Shown here: in pieces, positions 42,191 through 53,271 of the stretch
Position numbering within the stretch: position 1 is the first letter of the stretch
Layout: the number at the start of each line of letters is the position of its first letter
NCBI GenBank assembly: GCA_051294375.1
Contig: CM119269.1
Location: 19,753,936-19,817,935, forward strand
DNA: 64,000 nucleotides
Reading direction: 5' to 3'
DNA from: Paraspadella gotoi
Lineage: Eukaryota > Animalia > Chaetognatha
Translations under genes and position numbers: made by a program
Notes under the pieces: model-generated
The model's input: only the letters and a program-made list of their open reading frames with translations
What the model was told of the DNA's origin: nothing
Databases searched by the model: none

Positions 42191-45100
42191 GTCGTGCAAA
42201 ATCGTGAATAAACGATGTGAGACGAGACAAAGATGACGAGACGAATAAGTCGAATAAGTTGAATAAGTCGAATAAGCCTAATATATATATATTTATATGT
42301 ATATTTATATATATATATTAAGTAATAAGTCGACAAGCCCAAAAATCAGGTAAAAAACAATCTCGGTAACGACGTGGAGATCAGTAATGACGTCAATGAC
42401 CGACTCGGTTATTGCTCTCCTGTTATTTTGCTAATTTTTGCTACAGCATTAATATTAACATCTATAAAAGTTAACTAAGTTAACTAGCTTGATTGTTAGA
42501 TCACCTCACAATGTTGGTTAAACTTTGAAAATGTATTAAAGATGCGCTCCTTTCAGCTGCTTTACCGTTCCTGACGTCAAGGACATTTCAACTGTTTTTG
42601 CACCTGAGCTGCGTTGATGCTCGCACTGTTGAGTGCTTTACTTATGGAATTTTCAATAGGAGATGGGCAGGGCCCTGACTGTTTTTGTGTTTTCAACAGG
42701 GAACAGGATAAAGGGAGATTGAATGAACCCTCGTGTTCGCTCCATGATGGTTTTTGTTAAACGAAGCGCTATTTGCTGAGAGAGTGCGAGTGAGTGAGAG
42801 AAAAAAAAGAAAGAGAGGGAGAGAGAAAGAAAGTTAAAAAAGAGAGAGAGAGAGAGAGTGGCAATTTTGCCCTCAAGAGAGAAAAAAAAACTATTCCATT
42901 CTCTCTTTTTTATTTTCTTTCTCCTTTTCATTTCTCCATTTTTTATTCAGTTCTTCTTTGTATTCGCCGGCGGAGCAGAGGGAAAAGTAGGCAGAATAAA
43001 AAATTCCAACTCTTTTATAGCACGAACGGAAATTTTCAGTCAGAATACGAAAATATGGGAGCCTAATAAAAAAATGAAGTAAAAAATAGTATGAAGAAAA
43101 AATGTATTTATATTTTGATGTTATAGCGGATTTTTCACGATCTAACACAAAGGAGTAGTTTTTTTTTAAATTATATATAACACAATTTGAAGAAGCCAGC
43201 AGCTCTGTGAGAGATTTTGATTTGCTATGAAATCTTATTACAGCATTATGAGTGAAAAGTCAAGGAGGCTTTCTTCACCATAGCTTTTCCAAATAGCAAA
43301 ATAGCTTGTTTATTAAATGAATGGATTATTTTTATTTGGTTTTTGTTTTTTGTTTGTTTTGTGTGATTCTTCGTCGATTGAAACAAAATGTCACGAAGTC
43401 CGTTCAGAACAAAAAGGTCTCAATATCGATTAAATCGACGGCGACGAGTTTCCCTTCTTGTTTCCTTTTGTTTCCTTTTGTTTTTTTCTTCATTTATTTT
43501 TTTTTCCTCACTCATTTTAATTGCAAACAAACAGGAAAATTAGAAAAAAAAAGTTTAATGTTGTTTAATTAAAAGCATCTATTCTTCCTGGTTGTGACGT
43601 TGCTTTGGCTAATGGATTGGCGAAAGGACCCTTCGTATTTGGACAGCTACTTTCATGTGTACATAAAGTATTATATATATTGTGGCTAAAGGCGCTCAGA
43701 TCTAATGAGCTAACCGGTCAAGACTGCACTTCAGGACAAATTTCTATTATAGCCCGATAAGTATATTCGGTATTGTTATGAAGTTCTAAAATTCTTTACT
43801 TGTCAGTTGAAAAATCGTCGTCGTCGTCGTCGTCGTCGTCGTCATTGACTCTTTTATTTGTAGCCGTGAACTATATTTCATCACATTCATCATCATCATC
43901 ATCATCATCATCATCGTCGTTGTCCTCTTTTGTTAACCAGCGATAAAAAAATAATAAAAAGGTAGAAACGTTGAGGTTGACAATGCAAATGACAGTGATG
44001 ACATTGACGTCGCCAAGACGACGCCACGACAAAGCAAAGACCGATGGGAAACTCCCGTTTTTGATTTCGTTTAAATGTCGTTGCCATGGAGATGAGTGGA
44101 GAAAGGAAATAGAGAGAGAGAGTGAGAGAGAGAGAGAGAGTGAGAGAGAGAGAAAGGCTATTTCATATTCAATTCATCCTGCTCACACTTTACATTTTAA
44201 TGAACTGACAAAGAAACGTCAAAGTACACGTTTTTTTTTTCTGCATATAACGTAAATCGGAAAGAAAAAGGAGACGGGACGTCGGTGCAAACGTCGATTT
44301 TTCCGCGCTTTTTTCTTTCTATATCCATTTGATTTTTTTTATTTTTTTTTTATTTTTTTTTGCAAATCTTTTTGTCGTACAGATCCATTTGTACCCTCTT
44401 ACTGACCTTATTTTAAATAAAATTACAAGTTACACAAATATATGTTTTTTATTGCGAATAACTTGTTAATATGATTATATTTTAGTAAATTTTTTAGAAA
44501 TTATTATTTAATCCCTTTCACAACAGAAGGCTATATTTCTTAGATCCGCAAAATATTTCCTATTTCTTTTTTCGTTTTAGATCTTAGTTGGCAGAGTTTT
44601 ATAGTAGCGGATTTCTGAATCGATTTTCCCTTCGATTTTGCGGCAACTTTATTCAGCAGGAGAGAATAAAAGGGAAAGGAGACAAAAAAAAAAAATCCGG
44701 AGATGGAAAAAAAAAATATCGCGATAAAATCGGAGAAGTAGAGAAGAAGCGGGGAGAAAAATATCGCGTTTGATATGCATCGAAGAGACTAAGTCTAAGA
44801 GAAAGATAAGAAAATTCTATAACGTGAAAGTTCTTAAGAATATATCCTTGAGTTCTATGCGCGATATCCTCGGTAGGGTTTGTAACGAGATTTTAACGGG
44901 AATCCGTGTGAAAGAAAAGAGAAAAAAAATGGCCAATAATTCGTTGTTGTAAATTCCCTCTGGAAATCTCGATTCGACCTTCGGAACTCGATTTCAATCC
45001 TTATCTCCGCTTTTTAACTTCGCTTAATCTCTTTCTTTTATAATTGTTTAACTGAAATTAATTTCACTCCTTAGTCTACTCTCTAATTAACACGTTTAAT

Positions 45101-47528
45101 CTCACTCCTTTTTTTTTAAATCGTTTATTCACTTTAATTCACTCCCACTCTCCCTTTAACTGGGCTTAATATCAACACTCCTCTTTTAAACGTTCGACTT
45201 CATTAATTTTACTTCTCTCATCTTCGCGTCCTAATTCATCACAACCTCCGTTTTGGCGTTAACTCGTTAATATGATTCTTTAATCTGTACTCGGGATTAA
45301 TTTCCTTTCGCCAGTCTTTCCCTAACCTCTCATTTCCTTCTTTTCTCTTTTCATTTTCTTTAAATTCGCTTGATTCGATCTTTCACACTCGCGTTTAATT
45401 CAACTCGATCTCTACCTCTTACCCTTTCCTCTGCCGCTTCGCTGACTTCGCTTTTATTTTTTCACCTCATGTAAATTGAAACTTTCTTCCTTCCAATTAT
45501 GAATATCAAAGCTAATTTTATGATAAATCCTTCCTGATTCAACATTTTTAAATTCACCCTAACTATCAAAACACCAAATCACCCAACTCATTTCCTCCCT
45601 CGTAAAATAACGAGCAAAAAAAAAAATTTTAAAAAAATTAAAATTAAAAGAAAAAAATATCGGAATCGATTTTCTTTTTTTTTTTACTGTGAAGGAAAAT
45701 GTCGCTAAAAAGCTAAATGACCGGAGGCGCTAATCGAGGTGGACTGATTGTGGAAATGACCACGTAGTCAATAAAAGGTGACCACAGTAACTTTTAACAA
45801 AGGTCACCAACAGAGTCCACGGGTTCGAACGAGCCCGAAAGACAGCCTTCTTCACAGCTTGCCAAATCTTCGTCTTTTTCTTTCACTCAACCGCCTCTCT
45901 CGTTCCTCACTTTCCGTCTCGCCTTTACCGAAACGACTTTCCTTCTTTCACCTTTTTTTTCACTTAGCAGCGACAGAGATTTTTACAATGAGAGGGACTC
46001 AGTTGCGAAGGCACATTTTAGCGGCCAGAGAGAGAAGGGGATTCCTAGTGCACCTGCTATGGCGAAGTCCCTGAAATTCTTGACACCAGAAGACCTTGGG
46101 TCTTGAGATTAAGAAAGGACTTTGAACAGCAGGCACTTGGAAACTCCAGATGAAACTTACGAACAGAGGAAGTGGAAACTTCGTAATCTCGAACCGCCTC
46201 TCTGCCTCGTAGCTGTAGCAGCTGCGCAAGTCTTGTCACGATGGCTTTTATGCAACTCCGTTCCCCGCTCGAACTCGTCATCCGCTCGGTCAGGATATTT
46301 TTAGAGTTAATCCTCTCAAAATGTTATTAGAAATCTGTCCAGGCCGACAGCAATAAAATCGGCGACTTCGAAGTTGTCAATCGTTTCGTCGTCGTCGTCG
46401 TTGTTTCGTCGGCCCGTCTTTGACCTTGTCGTCGTCCTTGTCATTTACTATCCCTTTAGACATTGTATTTAAGCTATCTTTGTAGCCCTTGTCAGTGTTC
46501 GTCGCTCTCATTTTTCGTTGAGGTTTTTTTGTTTTTTTCAGTCGTCTTCATCCTCATCATCTTTGGCCATCAGTCGTCGTTAGTCGTCGTGTCTCATTTT
46601 ATTTTCGCTTCGTTTCGGTCATCCCCTTTGCCAATTTTCTATTCCCATTTCCTAATTCATTCCACTCTCGTCGGGATTTTTTAAACATTTTCCCATCTGC
46701 ATCCGAGAGTTCCCATCTCTTCCCATCTCTTTCCTTCGATCCGATTTTCCTATTTTAATTTCCTATTTTTATTTTTTTTCCCCCTTTTTCATTTTCGTCT
46801 CATTTTTCGACTATTCCGTCGCGAGGTGAAAGTTAATTTGATCTCCGGTTGAGAGAGATATTTTGAGACACAGGAAAAAGGACAGGAGAGAAGAGGAGGA
46901 GAAAATAAAAGGAAAAAAAAAACATAGGGAACGTAGCGAAGAAAGGTGGTCGGTTCAAAAAACGGTTGAATAGAGAATTGAGAAGGAAAAAAAAATTTAA
47001 AACACGACGATGAAAAGAGGGAAAAAAGAAAAAAGGATGATGGAATAAAGTTGGGAAAAAAAGAGGAGGAGGAAAGGAAAGTGGAGGAAAGAGGAGGAAA
47101 GGAGGAAGGGTGAAGTTAATTTGGTCTTTTCCGATTCCGGACATATGCGCGAGATGGAAACCAGAGTGGGAATGGAGAAGACGAATGATGAGAGAGAAGA
47201 GGGAAAGAGAATGAGGGTAATCCGTAAAAGAAAGAGAGGATGGGATTGGAAGGAAGAGGTGGTGGATTGGTTATTCGATAAAGGCAGGAGGAAGGACGGG
47301 AGGGGATGAAAGAGAAGAAGTAAAGGAGACGAGGAGGAATATCGGGAGGAATTCGAGGAGAACCAGAAGTTTTCGCCGTCGGAATGCAAATGACATCGAA
47401 TGACAAACGACAAACGTCATCAATCTCGAAATTCGTCAGCAAAACGCAAAACGTATCGTGCCATTAGTTTTCGTCAGGATTACGCCCTTTCATGACGTGG
47501 ATCTCTTAATGAAATTTATACTTGTCAT

Positions 47529-47801
47529 TGTGGATAAGGCGCTAAGTGGCTGAGATGACTATCCGTAACTTCTATAACCCCCTTTAGTAGCCATGGAACG
47601 GGTCCTGGCTTGGAACAGGCTTGAGGGGTTGCCACGCCCCCAGGGCGGCTTACTGGCGTCCTCAACGCTTCCGCAGGGTAGGTACCGGTTGGGATTGAAC
47701 CCGGTACCTAGTGGTCATGAGCTGATGGTTTACTCAATAGCACCGGTCGGACTGAAGGTGTCATGCTTATAGGCGGGTGAACCTCGGCAAGCCCGACTAC
47801 A
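47529..47801 (-). mobile_element. Solo-LTR-like insertion with tRNA-derived core (candidate Helenus-type TRIM LTR)
   Basis: 273 bp; termini TGT...ACA; flanked by TCAT on both sides (47525-47528, 47802-47805). Copy B has a single TCAT at 58752-58755 (empty site). The minus strand carries GGGTTCAATCCC (B box/T loop) at 47691-47702. Confidence 0.85.
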
Positions 47802-47989
47802 TCATCTCGGAATTCTTTATTCTATCGTCTCATTGCGAGAGAATCCAAAGGCTTCTTTGTTTATCTCCGCCGTAAAATGTTATCAATTTGTGAGTTTGAA
47901 CATTTCGTTTCGAGTTGACGTCAAAGTCCAAATTAATTTGTTCATCTAAATCGAGTTATTCCAAGATTTTTCGTTGAGAGGGAGAGACA

Positions 47990-48107
47990 AAAAATAGAGA
48001 TATGGTACAGCAACAGATATCGGATGAAGAAAAATAGAGATTTGGTACAAGGAAACAGATGATCGAGAGCAAAAAAATAGAGGATTTGGTACAGGCAAAA
48101 CAGATAT
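47990..48107. repeat. ~40-bp minisatellite (AAAATAGAGATTTGGTACAAGGCAAACAGATATCGAGAG)
   Basis: Three units here; two units at ~58943-59023 in copy B. Confidence 0.8.
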
Positions 48108-48658
48108 GTCGCGGTGGCCACAGTCTGTGGAAAATTTTATCACGCTCTTTCTCATGCCAAAATTCTTTATCTTGTGACCAAAATTTTTACTCTGTCTAAT
48201 TACTAACATATGCCTTATATTCAAAAGAACATAAGTTTTTTACCATGACTGTTTTTAATCAGTAAGATCGCAAAGATAATCAAAATATGTAAAAAATCAG
48301 GCTAAAAGTAGCTTAAAAACGGTACAAAAATTTCATACCATCGTCATTGTAAATTAATCTGGGTTTACAACTTGTTGATTAAAAAAAGTTATAGTTCAAA
48401 CTCCAATTTTACACTAGAGATCAAGAGCTATCTTTTAAACCTATATTTTTTTTCATTTAAAGGAAATTTAAGGCATAACAATCACCCAATATCTCTAAAT
48501 CAGAATGACAAAACAATATTGCTTTTTTCAGTTTTTGATATTCATTTTGTGGCTGTACTGTTGGCCGTTTTAAGAAAGATCTAAGAGACATTTTGGGAAA
48601 GCATCTTCTTAGAACTTTAGGTAGAAATTTTTTAAAATATTTTAAAATTTAGTATACA

Positions 48659-48683
48659 NNNNNNNNNNNNNNNNNNNNNNNNN
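48659..48683. other. 25-N assembly gap at the duplication junction
   Basis: Exactly 25 N. Other 25-N gaps at 27689-27713 and 50541-50565; larger gaps at 3287-3686, 36079-36349 and 36490-37229. Confidence 0.95.
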
Positions 48684-48977
48684 TTTTTTTTTTGTGGGGG
48701 GAGCATTGAATTCGAAATTCCATCTTTTGGGGGATTTAGAGATTTGCGACGTCAACAAAAAAATGACGAGATGAAATCGTTAAAAAATTTTTAACTTCAT
48801 CATTTTTTCCCCCTCGTCACCCAAATTCTGGCGAGGGAGAGCCTTAATCCTTTCATTTCTCATCTACTTTTTTTCCGTCAGTATTCCTAAATATGATTAA
48901 ACGCAACGCAACAATGTTTACAATCTACATTTTCGTCTACAACCATTCCACCCAGAGTAATGTCCTCAGCAACTCAC

Positions 48978-49097
48978 TTTGATATTGAGGTTCCACTCAG
49001 TTTTGTAGGAATGATCCAAACTAATTCGCTCGTCGGATGAGATTCGTTTTTCTTGGAGAGTCAAAACCGTTCCGGTGCTGCGTTGAAGCCAGAGAAC
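48978..49097 (-). CDS. Intact copy of the Ig1 exon of the lachesin-like gene
   Basis: ctccag|VLWLQRSTGTVLTLQEKRISSDERISLDHSYKTEWNLNIK|gtgagt; 120 nt, phase 0/0, joins in frame to the 37711-37631 exon. Confidence 0.85.
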
Positions 49098-49629
49098 CTG
49101 GAGAGACAACACGACTGGTGATGTTTATAATATAAAAAATAAAAAGTCAAATTAATTAGGTTGAGGAGAAACGATTCGATATTAAAATGTTATTATAAAT
49201 TTTGAGAACTTGTCGGACCCAGACAAAATAAAAAATTATTAATAACCTTATAAAAATTACAGGTTTTGAAGACTAACCCATTTTACAATTCCTCGGATAT
49301 ACAGCTAAACTGCTTTGGACGAAAGCCTCTTCATTAGAGACTTAAAGAGTGTCCAGGTCATGTACTGTTCAATTCAATTCAATTCAATTCTCTGTTTGCT
49401 AAAAATCATACTGTATTTGCGACATCCCAAAACGTTGTCGATTTTGAGTTTCAATTTTCTCTTTATCTCTCTATCATCTCTCTTTCTCGAAAAAGTAAGT
49501 ATCAAAGTATCTGGTTTTGATCTGAGAAGTTCAACGACATCGAATCGACGCAGAACTACGAAGAACCTATAATTATACTTATATCTAAACCTGTAATTAA
49601 AATCAGAGATAATCAGGAAAATTAGGAAA

Positions 49630-49665
<36 letters not shown>

Positions 49666-49676
49666 GAGATGATCAC

Positions 49677-49806
49677 TTTGATTTGAGGTTCCGATGGCAG
49701 TTTTGTAAGGAAATGATCCAAACTAATTGCGCGTTTTTTCGTCGGGATGAGATTCGTTTTTTCTTGGGAGTCAAAACCGTTCCGGTGCTGCGTTGAAGCA
49801 GAGAAC
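49677..49806 (-). pseudogene. Third, indel-ridden copy of the same Ig1 exon
   Basis: Clearly alignable to 48978-49097 but frameshifted; lies in a local ~700-bp re-duplication (about 48975-49660 vs 49675-50400). More likely an assembly artefact than a real pseudo-exon. Confidence 0.6.
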
Positions 49807-50528
49807 TGAGAGAACAACGACTGGTGATGTTTAATAATATAAAAGAATAAAAATCAAATTAATTAGGTTGAGGAGAAAACGATCGATTTAAAATGTTATT
49901 ATAGAATTGTAGAACTTTGTCGGACCGCAGAACCAAATAAGCAAAATATTAATACACCTTATAAAAATTATCATGCGTTTTGAAGACACTACCATTTACA
50001 GATTCCTACGGATAATACAAGCTAAGCTGCTTTGGACGAAGCCTCTTTATTAGAGACTTAAAGAGTGTCCAGGGTCATTACTGTTCAATTCAATTCTTCA
50101 CGTTTGCTAAAATCATATGTATTTGCGACAATCGGCCAAAAACGTTGTCGATTTTGAGTTTCAATTTTCTCTTTATTGCTCTATCATCTCTTTCTCGAAA
50201 AAGTAAGTAATCAAAGTATCTGGTTTGATCTGGAGAAGTTCAACGACATCGAATCGAAGCGAGCGAATACGAAACGAACCTATAATTATACTTATATCTA
50301 AACCTGTAATTAGAATGCAGAGATAATCAGGAATGTTGAAAATTGGAAAATCAGAGAGAGAGAGAGAGAGAGAGAAGAGAGAAGAGAGAGGAGAGAGAGA
50401 AGAGAATCTCGGTTGGCGGTTTTGTCCTACGTATAAAGTGTTTTTTCGAAAAATATTAAGTAATAAGAAGATATAAATTATAATATATTAGCAACACAAT
50501 TTTGGCGAGAATTTTTATCCACTGCACA

Positions 50529-51827
50529 ATGAACAGCGACNNNNNNNNNNNNNNNNNNNNNNNNNCAAACCCCAAGTTTATTCAAGTCACAACCATTTCC
50601 AGCGCCATTTCGCCACTATTCTATGGCGCGAATTAATTCGGTCCGTCGAAGCGTTGCCCGCCTTCGACAACGTCTTGGATCTGGGATGCGGCAGCGGCGA
50701 AGTCACCAGGAACTTGGCGGCATTTCTCGCCGCTCTGCAGAGGTAGGCTTGCAGATGACGTGTTGTTACAAGGAATAAGGATCTTAACAATTTTCGTGTA
50801 TCATATTATAAAAATGGAGGGAAGTGACGCCAGTGACGCCAGGCGTATATAGGATTCTCCACAATATTATAATTTAAGGCAACCAATCCTTGGCGTTAAA
50901 GATATTATCTAGAGTCATTGACTTTCAGAAATGGACCGTGTTTGGTTATCGGCATCGATTCTTCGCCGGAAATGATCGATTTTTGTCAAAATAATCATCC
51001 GGTCTCCTCCGCCCACGGCATAGTATCAAAAAGCGGCTTCGCCTCCACGAATGACTCCGCCCTCTCACCGATTACGACCTTCGACTTCCGCGTGGCCGCC
51101 TTCGACCAACTCTTTCCCGAAGACTGGAAGTGGTCTTCAACCTTCGATCTGGTAACGTCTCATTTGGCGCTTCAATTTGCTTCGGACTTGACACCAGTCT
51201 TCGAGAACATTAGTTTAACGCTGCGAAGAGAAGGACAGTTTCTGCTGATGTTCGCGGCCGAAGCGCCGGAACAATTCATCATAGGTGAGGAAAGAGATAA
51301 CAATAGTATTGGTTGCGCGTTCGATCGTTAAATTAACTCGGCGAATATACATTAAAACTGCTTTTAGCCGGCCAACGAACGGCATTAAAATGGCCGCGTT
51401 ACGTACCCGCAAACGTGATGGATAATTTCACGCCAGTCACATGTCAACTCAAAGGGGAAGACAAAAAATTCGATCCTTTAGTCAAAATTAAAGAAATCAT
51501 TTCTGCCGCTGGACTCGAACTGCACTCCTGCAAGTTCGAAAGGTAAAGTAATAACGACGCATAACTTTGATGATGTATGAAATACATTGTAAGTATATTG
51601 TATAATTTCGTAGGGAGTTGTATGTTTTTCCGAACTTAGTGGAACTGCGCGGAATCCTTGAGGCCCTTTACCCCCACGTCCGTTACGTCCCGTCAGAGAT
51701 GAAAGAAGAGTTAGTGGACGAACTGTTGGAAGAATATGGGAAGGCGTGCCTTTGGTTGGAGAAGTGCGGCGAGAAAAAGGCAACTTGGCAAGGGGAATTA
51801 TTGGTTGTCCACGGGGAGAAGCCGTGA
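50529..51827 (+). CDS. Class I SAM-dependent methyltransferase, JHAMT/trans-aconitate methyltransferase-like, 4 exons
   Basis: Exons 50529-50742 (contains a 25-N gap), 50929-51284, 51368-51542, 51614-51827; GT-AG, phases fit. Motif I VLDLGCGSG; post-I VIGIDSSPEMIDF; motif II TFDLVTSHLALQF; LRREGQFLL; N-terminal YSSHNHFQRHFA; C-terminal LLVVHGEKP. Confidence 0.9.
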
Positions 51828-53004
51828 AGCTAGGTCATGAAGACTTTGGGTGTTTGGAGTTGGGAGCTGTCTCATTAAAACTAAATGTTTCAGAATTTTT
51901 ACTTTTGACATTTTTAAAAAAAAATTTTTTGCCTTTTTATAGAAAAATATTTACATAAAAAGGCTTTTTAAGGACGTGGAAAGTAAAATTTGACCTGTAT
52001 ACTTTATACATTATGTCATTTTAATTTTCACAAACACTTTTTTTCCCATTTTTATTACCTCTTCATTAGATTCGACACGAATAAATAAATCGGTGAAAAA
52101 AAATTGTAAAGACGGGTCGTTTGCGACGAGTCATTAGCACAATTAAGAGCGAAACTATATTTTTCAACGTTACAACTAAGGTACTACTATTTTACAGCAA
52201 TTTTTTTCTAGGATATAATGCAGTTTTTTTCGAGACCCTGAAATCAATCATTTTTCAGTTTTTCAGTTTTGAGAAAACGTTTTGCTGAAGGTGGAGGAAC
52301 ATTAATTAAAAAGGCGAAAATAAAATATTGGAATCGGTATTGAATATTATAGTTTTGGATCTTCTAGTGTGGGATATTCTAGTGTTGGATGTATGTTCTA
52401 GTGTTTGATATAAAATTTATTTTTCTTTTTGTGTCGTTGGTTATTTGGTTATTAGTTATATTATGAAATTGGTACAGCCAATATAAAAATTATCCATTCA
52501 TTTAATAAATAAGCTATCTTGCCCCTGACTTTGTACAGGCTTTGGTGGTTTAACGCCTCCATCACTCTTACAAGATAATGACATAGCAGGTCCCTGCAAG
52601 CTTTCAATCAATTATGTTATCATGTAATTACGTCATCTTTTGTCATTTGAATTTATTCTGTTTATTTAAATCTTTTACGATCCTAAAGATTTCCAGTCAT
52701 TTACGGCTTTTTATGTTTTTGTTTTACATTTAATGGCACTACATTAAAAGTTGTTGTTGTCGTTGTTGTTGTCTTTTCTTGGAATCTTTAGAAAAAAAAG
52801 GGACAAATATCGAATAAAGAACTTGACTAAGGGATTATTATTGTGACTTCGCGTCTATTAATCTAAGATTCGGATTCTTGTTCGTTTTAGCGAAAGAAAA
52901 TAACGAATTTCGATAAAACGAATTCACGAAGGCGATGGATTTCGGAGAGAGTTCATGTCCTCTCTTGGTGGGAGTACAATGCATAAGAAAATCTCTCTCT
53001 CTCC

Positions 53005-53056
<52 letters not shown>

Positions 53057-53234
53057 CTTCCATCCTTGAATTTATTTAAAATCATTCTTCTTTCTCCTTT
53101 TTTTTCCAAAAACTTTATCACTTTCTCTTTCTATCAACTTTTCAAAAGAAAAAAGTCATTTCCAGAAATGTTTCTCTTTTTTCCTCGAAAACGACGAAAT
53201 TTTGGAAGAGTTATTCGCCTTTGGAGCAACTTCT

Positions 53235-53271
<37 letters not shown>

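Larger units (their letters stand above)
38330..48107. repeat. Copy A of ~10-kb tandem duplication
   Basis: Colinear with 48684-59020, e.g. 'ttcgaaattccatcttttgggggatttagagatttgcgacgtc' at ~38351 and ~48711, with shared sequence throughout; differences are mostly 1-bp indels. Confidence 0.95.

Noticed and set aside
47681-47751. Functional tRNA gene
   Set aside because: Only the T arm/B box is convincing; D and anticodon stems do not pair well, and it lies inside a TSD-flanked insertion.
38617-49806. Dscam-like mutually exclusive Ig exon array (three Ig1 exon copies)
   Set aside because: The copies differ by random indels rather than codon-level divergence, and their flanking introns are duplicated too; this fits assembly redundancy.
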